NCBI GenBank assembly: GCA_963826535.1
Contig: CAWGXL010000011.1
Coordinates: 256,809 to 320,808 of the forward strand
Source: an uncultured bacterium
GTDB taxonomy: Bacteria > Patescibacteriota > Microgenomatia > Levybacterales > UBA12049
DNA length: 64,000 bases
Direction of reading: 5' to 3'
The stretch's first letter is position 1, and each line of letters starts with the position of its first letter. Of the stretch, positions 9,648-19,590 are shown piece after piece. Made by a program: the position numbers and the translations under genes. The notes under the pieces were generated by a model. The model had not been told where the DNA came from. It saw only the letters and a list, made by a program, of their open reading frames with translations, and made no database searches.

Positions 9648-10556
9648 ATGACCTTTCTTGAGAAATTTGAGCTTCTGAAAAAATCTATTCCTGTTCCGGC
9701 TATTACAATAGGCCCAAATACGGTTGAGTGCGAATATTCAGATGCAATCTATATCGGTAAAAATTGTTATCACTGTTTTGACGGATATAAGATCTTTGAC
9801 AGTATGTTTACAAACTTTGGATGGGGAAATAAGGTTGTAGATTGCGAATATGTGACTGAATCTGAGAAAGTTTATGAATGCGTTGAATGTACTAAATGCT
9901 ATAACTCGACATTTCTAATAGACTGTAATAACTCGACAGATTGCCATTTTTCTTCATTATTAAATTCCTGCAGCGATTGTTTTGGATGTGTTGGTTTAAC
10001 TCACAAAAAATATTGTATTTTTAACCGGCAATATAGCAAAGAAGAATATCTGAAAAAAGTTGAAGAGTTAAAAAAACAAGAAGCTCAAAAGAATCTTAAG
10101 CAAATGCTTGAAATAAAACAGACAATTCCTCACCCGGCAAGCCAACAAGCCAATAACGAAAATTGCGCATATGGCAATTATATATATGGATCCAAAAACT
10201 GCTATTGGTGTTTTAATACATACTATAGTGAAAATTCAGGATTTACCTACTTCAGTGGAGCAGCGAAGAACTGTTGGGATATGTTTCAAGCAGGAGGTCA
10301 ACCGGATATTAAAATATTTTCAGAGCTTTGCTATGAGAATGTATATACAGATACATGTTACAATAGCGCATATTTAACATTTAGTGACAATTGTACAAAT
10401 TGCTCATACAGCGATCATCTTTTAAACTGCACCGATTGCTTCGGCTGCGTGGGGCTCAAAAATAAAAAATGCTGCATTTTAAATAATCAACTAAATCAAG
10501 TACAATACGAAAAAGCTGTAAAGAGCATAAAAAATGAGTTGGGATGGAAAAATTAG
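9648..10556 (+). CDS. Cys-rich two-repeat protein, paralogue 3
   Basis: Same scaffold. Confidence 0.9.
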   Translation: MTFLEKFELLKKSIPVPAITIGPNTVECEYSDAIYIGKNCYHCFDGYKIFDSMFTNFGWGNKVVDCEYVTESEKVYECVECTKCYNSTFLIDCNNSTDCHFSSLLNSCSDCFGCVGLTHKKYCIFNRQYSKEEYLKKVEELKKQEAQKNLKQMLEIKQTIPHPASQQANNENCAYGNYIYGSKNCYWCFNTYYSENSGFTYFSGAAKNCWDMFQAGGQPDIKIFSELCYENVYTDTCYNSAYLTFSDNCTNCSYSDHLLNCTDCFGCVGLKNKKCCILNNQLNQVQYEKAVKSIKNELGWKN

Positions 10557-10583
10557 AATCGATGAAAAATAATAATTAATGTT

Positions 10584-11480
10584 ATGACATTTTTAGAAAA
10601 ATATACATTGTTGAAAAAATCAATCCCAGTACCGGCGGTGACATTTGTGGGGAATATGGATTCCTCATACTCGAATTTTATGTGGTTGTGTAAAAATTGC
10701 CAATATTGTTTTCATGGATATAAACTTTATGATAGTTTATATGCAATCCACGCATGGGGACAAACTCTAGTTGACTGCCTTTATGTCACTGAATCCGAAA
10801 ATTGCTACGAATGTGTTGAATGTACAAAATGTTATGGTTCTACATACCTTATCGAAGGCAATAATTCGACAAATTGCCATTTTTCTGCACTTTTGAGCTC
10901 CTGCACCGATTGTTTTGGCTGCGTGGGGTTAACCAACAAAAAATATTGTATTTTTAATAAACAATTCTCAAAAGGAGATTACTTTGAGAAGTTAGAAGAA
11001 TTGAAAAAAGAACCATCAGAAAAGATCCTAACGCACATGTTTGATTTAAAAAAACAAATCCCCCATCCGGCAAGCCAGCAAGCTAATACTGAAAATTGTC
11101 CTTATGGAAATTATATATATGATTCAAAAAACAGTTATTGGTGTTTTAATAGTTATTATATAGAGAATAGCGGTTATAATACTTTTAGCGGATGGGCAAA
11201 AAACTGTTGGGATGTCTTTTTATTCGGAGAGCCTAATGGGGTTAATGAGTTATGTTATGAACATTTTTATACGGCACGATGTTTTAACTCAGCCTTTCTT
11301 ACTCATTCTACTGACTGTACCAATTGCCATAATAGTACGTATCTCAGAAACTGCTCAGACTGCTTCGGGTGTGTCGGACTAGCCAATAAAAAGTATTGCA
11401 TTTTGAATAATCAACTAACAAAAGACCAATATGAAATAGCTGTGAAAGAAATTAAGAAAGAATTGGGATGGAAAAATTAG
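10584..11480 (+). CDS. Cys-rich two-repeat protein, paralogue 4
   Basis: Same scaffold; closest to paralogue 6. Confidence 0.9.
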   Translation: MTFLEKYTLLKKSIPVPAVTFVGNMDSSYSNFMWLCKNCQYCFHGYKLYDSLYAIHAWGQTLVDCLYVTESENCYECVECTKCYGSTYLIEGNNSTNCHFSALLSSCTDCFGCVGLTNKKYCIFNKQFSKGDYFEKLEELKKEPSEKILTHMFDLKKQIPHPASQQANTENCPYGNYIYDSKNSYWCFNSYYIENSGYNTFSGWAKNCWDVFLFGEPNGVNELCYEHFYTARCFNSAFLTHSTDCTNCHNSTYLRNCSDCFGCVGLANKKYCILNNQLTKDQYEIAVKEIKKELGWKN

Positions 11481-11508
11481 AATCGATGAAAAATAAAATT
11501 AAAATAGT

Positions 11509-12408
11509 ATGACATTTATTGAAAATTATGAGGTCCTGAAAAAATCTATTCCTGTTCCGGCTGTCTGGATTGATACGGTTACTAAAGACGCTGACTATAT
11601 TGATTATACTTATAGAAGCAAAGGCAGCTATTATGCTTTTGGGGGGTATTATCTTGAAGACTGTTTGTATACGGAATTTTGCGGCTGGGGGAATAAGCTT
11701 GTAGATTCACATTCAGTTACGAAAGCAGAAAAATGTTACTTTTGTATTAATTGCGACCAATGTCATAACTGTAGTTATCTAATGGATTGCAATAGCTGTA
11801 CAGATTGCCACTTCTCTGCATTTTTAAGTTCCTGCAACGATTGTTTTGGCTGCGTTGCTTTAACTCATAAAAAATATTGTATTTTTAACAAACAGTATAC
11901 AAAGCAAGAATATTTTAAAAAAGTAAAAGAATTAAAAAAAGAGGAACCTGATAATATCTTTGCACTAATGTTTGAGTTAAAAGAAAAAATTCCGCATCCT
12001 GCAAGCCGGCAAGTCGATAACGTAAATTGTCCTTATGGAAATTACATATACAATTCAAAAAACTGTTATTGGTCTTTTGGTACTTTTGAAAGCACAAACA
12101 GCGGTTATACTTATTATTGTTCGAGATTAAAAAATTGTTGGGACGTGTTCAGTTCAGGCGGAGAGCAGGGTACTGCGAAATGTTATTCTATTGTGAGTAC
12201 ACAGAACAGCGTTGACTCTGCGTTTTTAGATTTCTGTGAAGGATGTAGTAATTGTTATTATAGTCTTAGTTTGATAAACTGCACCGATTGTTTCGGTTGT
12301 GTGGGACTTAAAAATAAAAAATATTGTATTTTGAATAATCAGTTAACTAAAGAGAAATACGAAAGAGCAATGAAGAGCATCATAAAAGAATTAGAGTGGA
12401 AATTTTAG
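11509..12408 (+). CDS. Cys-rich two-repeat protein, paralogue 5
   Basis: Same scaffold. Confidence 0.9.
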   Translation: MTFIENYEVLKKSIPVPAVWIDTVTKDADYIDYTYRSKGSYYAFGGYYLEDCLYTEFCGWGNKLVDSHSVTKAEKCYFCINCDQCHNCSYLMDCNSCTDCHFSAFLSSCNDCFGCVALTHKKYCIFNKQYTKQEYFKKVKELKKEEPDNIFALMFELKEKIPHPASRQVDNVNCPYGNYIYNSKNCYWSFGTFESTNSGYTYYCSRLKNCWDVFSSGGEQGTAKCYSIVSTQNSVDSAFLDFCEGCSNCYYSLSLINCTDCFGCVGLKNKKYCILNNQLTKEKYERAMKSIIKELEWKF

Positions 12409-12465
12409 TGGGTGAGACTCGTCATTTTTTTTGTAAAAATTGTTCACTATGGTATACTAAGCGTG

Positions 12466-12705
12466 ATGAAGACTACGCGGTACTTTAGAGAACAAGTATT
12501 GCGTAAAAGATCTTTTATAAAGCAGTCATGGATCAAGCTAGCGCTTGCAAGACCGGATAAAAAGGAGATTCAAACAGACGGAAGAATGCGTTACTGGATT
12601 TATATATCAACCCTTAGGAAATATTTACGGGTTGTTACTTTATCAGACGGCGAGACGGTACATAACGCATTCCCGGATAGAAATTATAAAAAGGAAAAGC
12701 TATGA
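12466..12705 (+). CDS. DUF4258-like putative toxin
   Basis: DGRMRYW...YLRVVTLSDGETVHNAFPDR; start inferred after TGGTATACT; paired with DUF2283. Confidence 0.7.
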   Translation: MKTTRYFREQVLRKRSFIKQSWIKLALARPDKKEIQTDGRMRYWIYISTLRKYLRVVTLSDGETVHNAFPDRNYKKEKL

Positions 12706-12917
12706 AATTTAACTATTATAAAGACACAGATTCACTCTATATTGATCTTTCTGAAAAAAAAAGTGTGGATTCCAAAGAAGTGAGTCCGGGAATTGTGCTG
12801 GATTTTGATGCAAAAGGAAATCTGGTTGGCATTGATATAGATCACGCAAGTAAGCATGTTAATTTAAAACGCCTGGAAACAGAAGGCGTTTCCTTTTCTA
12901 CAATTGTCTCGACATAA
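12702..12917 (+). CDS. DUF2283 protein (putative antitoxin)
   Basis: YYKDTDSLYIDL...LDFDAKGNLVGIDI. Confidence 0.9.
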   Translation: MKFNYYKDTDSLYIDLSEKKSVDSKEVSPGIVLDFDAKGNLVGIDIDHASKHVNLKRLETEGVSFSTIVST

Positions 12918-12938
12918 CCCTTTGTTGAGGTTTCAATC

Positions 12939-13835
12939 ATGACCTTTCTTGAAAAATACGGGCTACTGGAAAAATCCGTTCCTATACCGGCGGTGACATT
13001 TATGGGGAATATGGATTCTTCATTTTCGGATTTTATGTGGATGTGTAAAAATTGCCAATATTGTTTTTTTGGATATAAACTTTATGACAGTCTCTATGCA
13101 ATCCATTCATGGGGGCAAACTCTAGTTGACTGCCTTTATGTCACCGAATCCGAAAATTGTTATGAATGTGTTGAATGCACAAAATGCTTTGGCTCTACAT
13201 ATCTTATAGATTGCGATAATAGTACAGATTGTCATTTTTCCGCACTACTCAACTCCTGCAACGATTGCTTCGGGTGTGTGGGTTTGAAACATAAGAGAAA
13301 CTGCATTTTTAATAAACAATACACCAAGGAAGAATATTTTAAAAAGCACGAAGAATTGAAAAATGAAAATCCCCAAAAGATGCTTAAGCAAATGCTTGAG
13401 TTAAAACAACAAATACCGCATCCGGCAAGCCAACAAGCCAATACTGAAAATTGTCCATATGGCAACTATATTTATGATTCAAATAGCAGTTATTGGTGTT
13501 TTAATAGCTACTATATTGAGAATTGCGGATATAATACTAATAGCGCTTGGGCAAAAAACTGTTGGGACGTATTCAAGTTTGGAGATCCTAAGGGAACTAA
13601 TGAATTGTGCTATGAACATTTCTATACGACGCTGTGTTATAACTCTGCCTTTCTTACACATTCTACCAGCTGTACCGAATGCCATTATAGTTCTTATTTA
13701 AGTAACTGCTCCAATTGCTTCGGATGTTTCGGGTTAAAGAATAAAAAATATTGTATTTTGAATAATCAGTTAACTAAAGAACAATATGAAAGCGCTGTAA
13801 AAGAAATTAGGAAAGAGCTTGGGTGGAAAATTTAG
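12939..13835 (+). CDS. Cys-rich two-repeat protein, paralogue 6
   Basis: Same scaffold. Confidence 0.9.
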   Translation: MTFLEKYGLLEKSVPIPAVTFMGNMDSSFSDFMWMCKNCQYCFFGYKLYDSLYAIHSWGQTLVDCLYVTESENCYECVECTKCFGSTYLIDCDNSTDCHFSALLNSCNDCFGCVGLKHKRNCIFNKQYTKEEYFKKHEELKNENPQKMLKQMLELKQQIPHPASQQANTENCPYGNYIYDSNSSYWCFNSYYIENCGYNTNSAWAKNCWDVFKFGDPKGTNELCYEHFYTTLCYNSAFLTHSTSCTECHYSSYLSNCSNCFGCFGLKNKKYCILNNQLTKEQYESAVKEIRKELGWKI

Positions 13836-13836
13836 T

Positions 13837-15096
13837 ATGAAAATTGCAATTATTGGGGCGGGGTTTACTGGGCTAACGGCCGCATATAAGATGGCTAAAG
13901 GAGGGCATAAAGTTACAGTTTTTGAAAAAGACAGTCAGCCGGGCGGTCTGGCAATTGGGTATAAGGAAAAAGGGTGGGATTGGACATTGGAGGCGTTTTA
14001 TCATCATTGGTTCACTAACGACTTCGCAGTACTAACTCTGGCAAAAGAACTAAATTTCCCGGTAATTATCAAGCGGCCGAAAACTTCTCAGCTTGTTGAC
14101 GGACAAATTGTCCAACTTGACTCACCCTCTACGCTCCTCGCATTTAAAAAGCTCTCAATTCCTGAACGAATACAGATGGGGTTTGTGCTGGCATTTCTAC
14201 GTTATAATCCCGTTTGGAAACCACTTGAACGGGTAACTGCAACTGCGTTTTTAGCAAAAACTATTGGAAGGCGCGCATATAAAATTATGTGGGAACCATT
14301 ATTGGTGGGCAAGTTTGGGAAATATGCGGATCAAATTTCTCTGGCTTGGTTTTGGGCACGAATAGCAAAACGGACGACAAATCTTGCATATCCGGAGGGA
14401 GGCTTTCTTCGATTTGCGAAACACCTGGAAAACGCTATAAAACAAAAAGGCGGAGTTATTAATTATAACGCATCAATTGATACAATTGCAGAAAAAAACG
14501 GGAAAGTAAAGATAGGAAAGTTTGGCTTATTTGATAAAGCTATTGTCACTCTTCCTTCATTTGCATTTTTAAAGCTTGCTCCGCAACTGCCGCCGCAGTA
14601 TCAAGCGTCACTTATGCAGCTTAAAGGTCTTGGGGCAATTGTGGTTGTGATGCGACTTAAGAAACCATTTTTCCCTGATGATACTTATTGGCTAAGTGTG
14701 TGTGATAAAAAAGCACCGGTCCTGGCAATTGTTGAACACACAAATATTATGAACAGTAAACACTATAATAATGAGCATCTTGTATACCTCGGGAACTACC
14801 TGCCAAAGGAACATAAATACTACTCTTTGACAGCTGAAGAACTACTCAAGACATTTGACCCGTTTCTAAAAACAATTAATCCTGATTATAATAAGTCACT
14901 AATAGGAGTGAAAAAATTCGATGTCCCGTTTGCGCAACCTATTATCCCAATTAACTATTCTCATATGATTCCCCCATTTGAAACGCCTATAAAAAATGTT
15001 TATCTGGCAAATATGCAACAGGTGTATCCATGGGACCGGGGAACGAATTATGCTGTGGAATTGGGAGAAAAAGTTGCAAAGTTAATCGGCGGATAA
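13837..15096 (+). CDS. FAD-dependent oxidoreductase (protoporphyrinogen/amine oxidase-like)
   Basis: MKIAIIGAGFTGL Rossmann motif, GGLA, FYHHWF, YPWDRGTNYAV. Confidence 0.88.
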   Translation: MKIAIIGAGFTGLTAAYKMAKGGHKVTVFEKDSQPGGLAIGYKEKGWDWTLEAFYHHWFTNDFAVLTLAKELNFPVIIKRPKTSQLVDGQIVQLDSPSTLLAFKKLSIPERIQMGFVLAFLRYNPVWKPLERVTATAFLAKTIGRRAYKIMWEPLLVGKFGKYADQISLAWFWARIAKRTTNLAYPEGGFLRFAKHLENAIKQKGGVINYNASIDTIAEKNGKVKIGKFGLFDKAIVTLPSFAFLKLAPQLPPQYQASLMQLKGLGAIVVVMRLKKPFFPDDTYWLSVCDKKAPVLAIVEHTNIMNSKHYNNEHLVYLGNYLPKEHKYYSLTAEELLKTFDPFLKTINPDYNKSLIGVKKFDVPFAQPIIPINYSHMIPPFETPIKNVYLANMQQVYPWDRGTNYAVELGEKVAKLIGG

Positions 15097-15122
15097 TACT
15101 CTATGCTATAATTCTAACCGGC

Positions 15123-16338
15123 ATGAAAAGACTCTCTATTTCCAAACGGGCAAAAGCTGCTCCTCCTTCACCTGTGAGAAAATTAGTTCCGCTTTCAGAG
15201 GAAACTAAAAAAAGAGGCATAAAGATATATCACATTAATATTGGCGATCCTGATTTCGACGCGCCTGATAAAATTTTACAAACGCTTAAAAAGTTTGCAC
15301 AGATAGCCAAACGTCTACCGTATTCAAGCTCTAAAGGACTCATGACTACAATTCTTGCTTGGCAAAAGTATTATAGCGACATCGGCATTAAACTAACTGA
15401 AGACGAAATTATCATTACCAGCGGGGGTGGCGAAGGACTGGTCATTGTTTCAGCCATTGTCGCGGATCCGGGAGACGAGCTAATTGTCTTTGAGCCGTTC
15501 TACGCCAATTATGCCGCTTTTGCTAATCAAGCAACAGCTAAGATAATTCCAGTCACGTTGAATAAAAAGAATAATTACCACCTACCAAAACGGGCGGAAA
15601 TCATTGCAAAGATAACACCGAAAACGCGCGCCATTTATTTCACCAATCCCAATAATCCAACCGGAACTGTATTTACAAAAGAAGAAGTAAAGATGGTTGT
15701 GCAAATCGCTTACGAATACGGAATATTTCTCGTAAGCGATGAGACGTATCACGGCATCGCGTTTGACGGGAAAAAAAGTTTCAGCGCGCTGCACGAAGCC
15801 AGCGATGCCCAAAAGCAAAATATTATCATTATTGACAGCGTATCGAAGAAACTAAATGTCCCGGGGGCACGAATCGGCGCTATTATTTCCAAAAACAAAC
15901 AGGTAATTGACTCAGCTTTTCGATTTGCGCAAGGCAGACTTTCGGTTGCATATTTGGAGCAAGAAATTGTTGCTCCAATGTTACTTGACAGCTTAGATTA
16001 TATCGCTTTGTTATCTAAAAAATATCAAAAAAGAAGAGATGTATTTATCGCGAGCTTAAGCCGCGAACTTGGAATACATATCCCAGCCACAGAAGGCGCA
16101 TTTTATACTATGGTAAAACTGCCGGTCGCAGATACTGAAAAATTTGCCAAATGGCTGCTTACAGATTTTCAAGATAATAATGAAACTGTCATGGTTGCAC
16201 CCGGCGCAGGATTTTACGCGAGCCCGGGTCAAGGCAGGGGACGAAATTCGCGTTGCGTATGTATTAAACGAAAAAGGTCTGGCACGCTCCGCACAACTCC
16301 TCAGTATTGCAGTAAAACGCTATAATTCCAGTTTATAA
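15123..16338 (+). pseudogene. class I/II PLP aminotransferase with +1 frameshift near the 3' end (or sequencing error)
   Basis: NIGDPDF, TNPNNPTG, DETY, DSVSKK..PGARIG; removing one G from G4 at 16237-16240 restores GQGRDEIRVAYVL. Confidence 0.8.
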
Positions 16339-16383
16339 ATTTTATATTGTCAAAGTTGTTAATCTGCCAGTTTGCTTAAGTGG

Positions 16384-17343
16384 TTATTCTCCAATAATTT
16401 TGTAGGGAGTAGGATGAAGACTAGATTGGTTGGTGATTGAGTAAAAAATAGCAGCTCTTGTTTCATTTCTTGGGTATTCTTGAAATCCTATTTTGGGAGT
16501 TGGTTCAGGGAATACTTGAGGCATTAGCGATTGCGGTATTGCTTCATACCTATTGCACATTCTTAACGCCCGAATAGCTTGAGGGCCTAATACAAAATCT
16601 ATCTTATCTCCTGGTTTAAAAAGGTTTGAGTTGTTTATTAAATATTGCTTTAAAACCAATACTTGACCGATCGTATTGTCTATAGGTTTATCATCAAGTC
16701 TATCAATTATGTCTACCATAACCGGGGGTATAAATGAACTTTGTGAGTTAACCACTTTGCGTATAGCATCAGCTTCTTGCTGGTTGCCTAGATAGAGAAA
16801 GTGAATATTTGCGTCTTGAATACTGCTTCGCACACTAGGGCGAAGGTCATTTAATTCTGGGTCTAACCCGTCAAGTAGACGATTTTTGGTGAAGACTGAA
16901 TAATCATTATTTGTGGCGATGCCGGCAAGATGGATACCGAGTATGGCTGCTGTATCGGCCCGTTTTCTGTCCATTAGCTCAGCCCATGGCTTATCTTTAA
17001 AGCGATCTTCCTTGAATGGTAAAAGATAAGTTCCCCGGGCTGACAAATTGACAATAAGCCGTGTAAGGTGCGCCTCGCTCTTTGATATATTCCATTTCTC
17101 AGGATTTCGTGCAGCCAACTCTATTCTATTAATTTCACTTAGGCATTCAGTGGCTAATAGAACTAACTGCTTATTTGTTCTTCCCAAACTTCCTTTTTGA
17201 TGGCGGGCTCTTTTAATATCCGTTTTACTATCATTTAATACTTTTTCAGTTGTGGGTAGATCATCTTTTTGATATTCAGCATATTCAGGCATTAAACGTC
17301 TATACTGGATTATTCGGTCTGCATCAATTGAGCTTTCAGACAT
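16384..17343 (-). CDS. hypothetical protein (weak DUF218/YdcF-like C-terminal region)
   Basis: 319-aa ORF; IDNTIGQV...QAIRALR only loosely resembles YdcF motifs. Confidence 0.6.
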   Translation of the reverse strand: MSESSIDADRIIQYRRLMPEYAEYQKDDLPTTEKVLNDSKTDIKRARHQKGSLGRTNKQLVLLATECLSEINRIELAARNPEKWNISKSEAHLTRLIVNLSARGTYLLPFKEDRFKDKPWAELMDRKRADTAAILGIHLAGIATNNDYSVFTKNRLLDGLDPELNDLRPSVRSSIQDANIHFLYLGNQQEADAIRKVVNSQSSFIPPVMVDIIDRLDDKPIDNTIGQVLVLKQYLINNSNLFKPGDKIDFVLGPQAIRALRMCNRYEAIPQSLMPQVFPEPTPKIGFQEYPRNETRAAIFYSITNQSSLHPTPYKIIGE

Positions 17344-17363
17344 AATTGTAATAAATCAAATTT

Positions 17364-18008
17364 CTATATTGCGTAGTATTCCATTTCAAAGGAGATGGGG
17401 AAGTCCGGTTTGGGTAGATTGGCTAACTCGGAAATAGATTTATTGTAATACTGCGGATAGTTTTTAGAAAAGTAGGTATCGACATTTTCCCAAATCGGGT
17501 TTTCGCCAAGTTGGCGTATTATCACATCAATAATATTTCTCGCCTCAACTTCAACATCGCTTAGTATTAATGCTTTCCGGGAAACTGATGCGGGTAAAGT
17601 GTCCGGAAATTGTTTGTGCAAAAGCGGATTACCGATTTTCTGATACCTGTGTATTGTAGCTTCGCGGCCAAGAAGTCGCAGCCAGTAGATATATTTTACG
17701 ATTATGTAAAATACATCGGGTATAAACATAATTAATTGATCTTTGTATTCAAGCTGAGACGCGCGGCTTGCGGCTTGATTGAGGTGACTTAGCGAGAGAC
17801 TAATCGCATCATCCCGGGTGGAATAGCCAAGTGAGAGGGTGTCATTGGAAAAATTAAATTTGGGCCAGGGATCAGCGGCAACATTTAAATATTTTTTGGC
17901 TTCTTCCGCACCTTTGGTCAGCGAGTCAAGTATAAGATTAAAATCGTTCTCAGGTAATTGTAATCCATTATGGGTTAAGGTTTTGTAGTCAAAGGGCTTA
18001 TTTTCCAT
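17364..18008 (-). CDS. hypothetical protein
   Basis: 214-aa ORF preceded by GTGTATAAT. Confidence 0.7.
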   Translation of the reverse strand: MENKPFDYKTLTHNGLQLPENDFNLILDSLTKGAEEAKKYLNVAADPWPKFNFSNDTLSLGYSTRDDAISLSLSHLNQAASRASQLEYKDQLIMFIPDVFYIIVKYIYWLRLLGREATIHRYQKIGNPLLHKQFPDTLPASVSRKALILSDVEVEARNIIDVIIRQLGENPIWENVDTYFSKNYPQYYNKSISELANLPKPDFPISFEMEYYAI

Positions 18009-18048
18009 GATCTTATTTTATTATACACGAAACATGTTCAATGCGCGC

Positions 18049-18843
18049 TTAGCGCTTGAGTAGAAGGGTGGCGATAAATACGCACAGGGCTATGAGGACA
18101 ATTGTTCCTCCGGCGGCTAAGTCTAAATAGAATGAAGCAAAAATACCGGTAATTACAGAGAGCAACGAAACAAGCTCTGCTATTATTATAGTTTGTTTAA
18201 AGCCTTTCCTAAATTGTAAGGCTGTAACAATAGGAATCACAATGAGGGCCGAGATTAGAAGAATTCCAACAATACGCATTGAAATAGCAATTGTCGTGGC
18301 AGTTAAAACAATTAGAAGAGTATTAATAAGTTTGGTCGGAATTCCACTAACCCTGGCTGTTTCTTCATCAAAGGAGATATATACTAATTCTTTATAAAAA
18401 GCGAGTATAAGTCCTATGACAGCCAATCCGAGCACAAAAATAATACCAATATCACCAACTCGCACAGTTGTTATACTACCAAAAAGATAGCTGAATAAAT
18501 CTACGTTAAATCCGCGGGCTAAACTAATAAGAACAATAGCTACCGCTAAACTTCCTGAAAGAAAGATTGCTAAGGCCGATTCGCCATAAACTTTGTTCGA
18601 ATACCTAAGTCTTTCAATGACAATGGACGCAAAAATTGAAGTAATAAGCGCGGTCAGGACGGGATTTATTTTTGTGATAAGTCCAATTGCTACTCCTGCA
18701 AGGGACACATGAGCCAGAGTATCAGCCATAAGTGAGTAGCGGCGGAGCACAAGAAAAATTCCGATTAAAGGGCAAATAAGCCCGACTATTACTCCGGCTT
18801 GTAAAGCCCTGATCATAAAGTTATATTGAAAAATTTCTAACAT
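18049..18843 (-). CDS. znuB: Zn/Mn ABC permease
   Basis: LRRYSLMADTLAHVSLAG, SYLFGSI, VGILLISALIVIP. Confidence 0.92.
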   Translation of the reverse strand: MLEIFQYNFMIRALQAGVIVGLICPLIGIFLVLRRYSLMADTLAHVSLAGVAIGLITKINPVLTALITSIFASIVIERLRYSNKVYGESALAIFLSGSLAVAIVLISLARGFNVDLFSYLFGSITTVRVGDIGIIFVLGLAVIGLILAFYKELVYISFDEETARVSGIPTKLINTLLIVLTATTIAISMRIVGILLISALIVIPIVTALQFRKGFKQTIIIAELVSLLSVITGIFASFYLDLAAGGTIVLIALCVFIATLLLKR

Positions 18844-18846
18844 ATA

Positions 18847-19590
18847 TTAAAAATGTTTTTTATAATGTTCATCTATGTATTTAGTCTTCAGGAAATCGCG
18901 AGGTGTGCCATAAAACAAAACCTCTTTATTTATAAACGCAACTTCCAAAACTCCATGGTGCAGGATAATATCCATATCATGAGTAATAAGTACTAATGTT
19001 AACTCCAGTTTTTTATTCAACGTTTCAAGAAGCTCAAAAAACTGGTTTCTTGTTTCTATATCAACTCCTACAGTCGGCTCATCCAAAAAGATTACAGTCG
19101 GCTCAGAAACGAGCGCCCTGGCAATAAAAATTCGCTGTTGCTGCCCACCGGAAAGATCACCTATTCGCCTGTTACCAAACTTTAGCATGCCAACCTGCTC
19201 AAGTGCCTTATCTACTGCCTGCCAATCATACTTTTTCAGCGAATTAAATAATCCCAATTTTGCGTATATGCCCATTGCGACTACTTCTCTTGCTGTTGAG
19301 GGAAAGTTTTGGTCGAAGTTTACTTTTTGAGGAACATACCCGATGCTCGGCCAATCTTTAAAAGTTGCTAAATCTTGATTAAAAAGTTTTATCTTTCCGT
19401 GTGTTGGTTTATATAGCCCAAGGATGCACTTAAGAAGAGTGGTTTTGCCTCCGCCATTGGGGCCAACAATACCCAGATAATCACCTTTGTGGATTTGGAG
19501 GTTTATTTCCTTTAAGACTTCTTCTGTGTTATAGGCAAATGAGACGTTCTTTATCTCAATGATGTTTTTTGTGTGGTCTACTTGCTGCAT
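18847..19590 (-). CDS. znuC: Zn/Mn ABC ATPase
   Basis: GPNGGGKTT, IGYVPQ, LSGGQQQR, LDEPT. Confidence 0.92.
   Translation of the reverse strand: MQQVDHTKNIIEIKNVSFAYNTEEVLKEINLQIHKGDYLGIVGPNGGGKTTLLKCILGLYKPTHGKIKLFNQDLATFKDWPSIGYVPQKVNFDQNFPSTAREVVAMGIYAKLGLFNSLKKYDWQAVDKALEQVGMLKFGNRRIGDLSGGQQQRIFIARALVSEPTVIFLDEPTVGVDIETRNQFFELLETLNKKLELTLVLITHDMDIILHHGVLEVAFINKEVLFYGTPRDFLKTKYIDEHYKKHF

Noticed and set aside
1803-13835. Diversity-generating retroelement driving Cys-rich variation
   Set aside because: No reverse transcriptase or non-coding template repeat seen; differences between the closest copies (10584 and 12939) are spread out, largely synonymous and not adenine-specific
17364-18008. 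Zinc metallopeptidase call for the 214-aa ORF
   Set aside because: Only a degenerate REATIH...EVEA pattern, with no true HExxH
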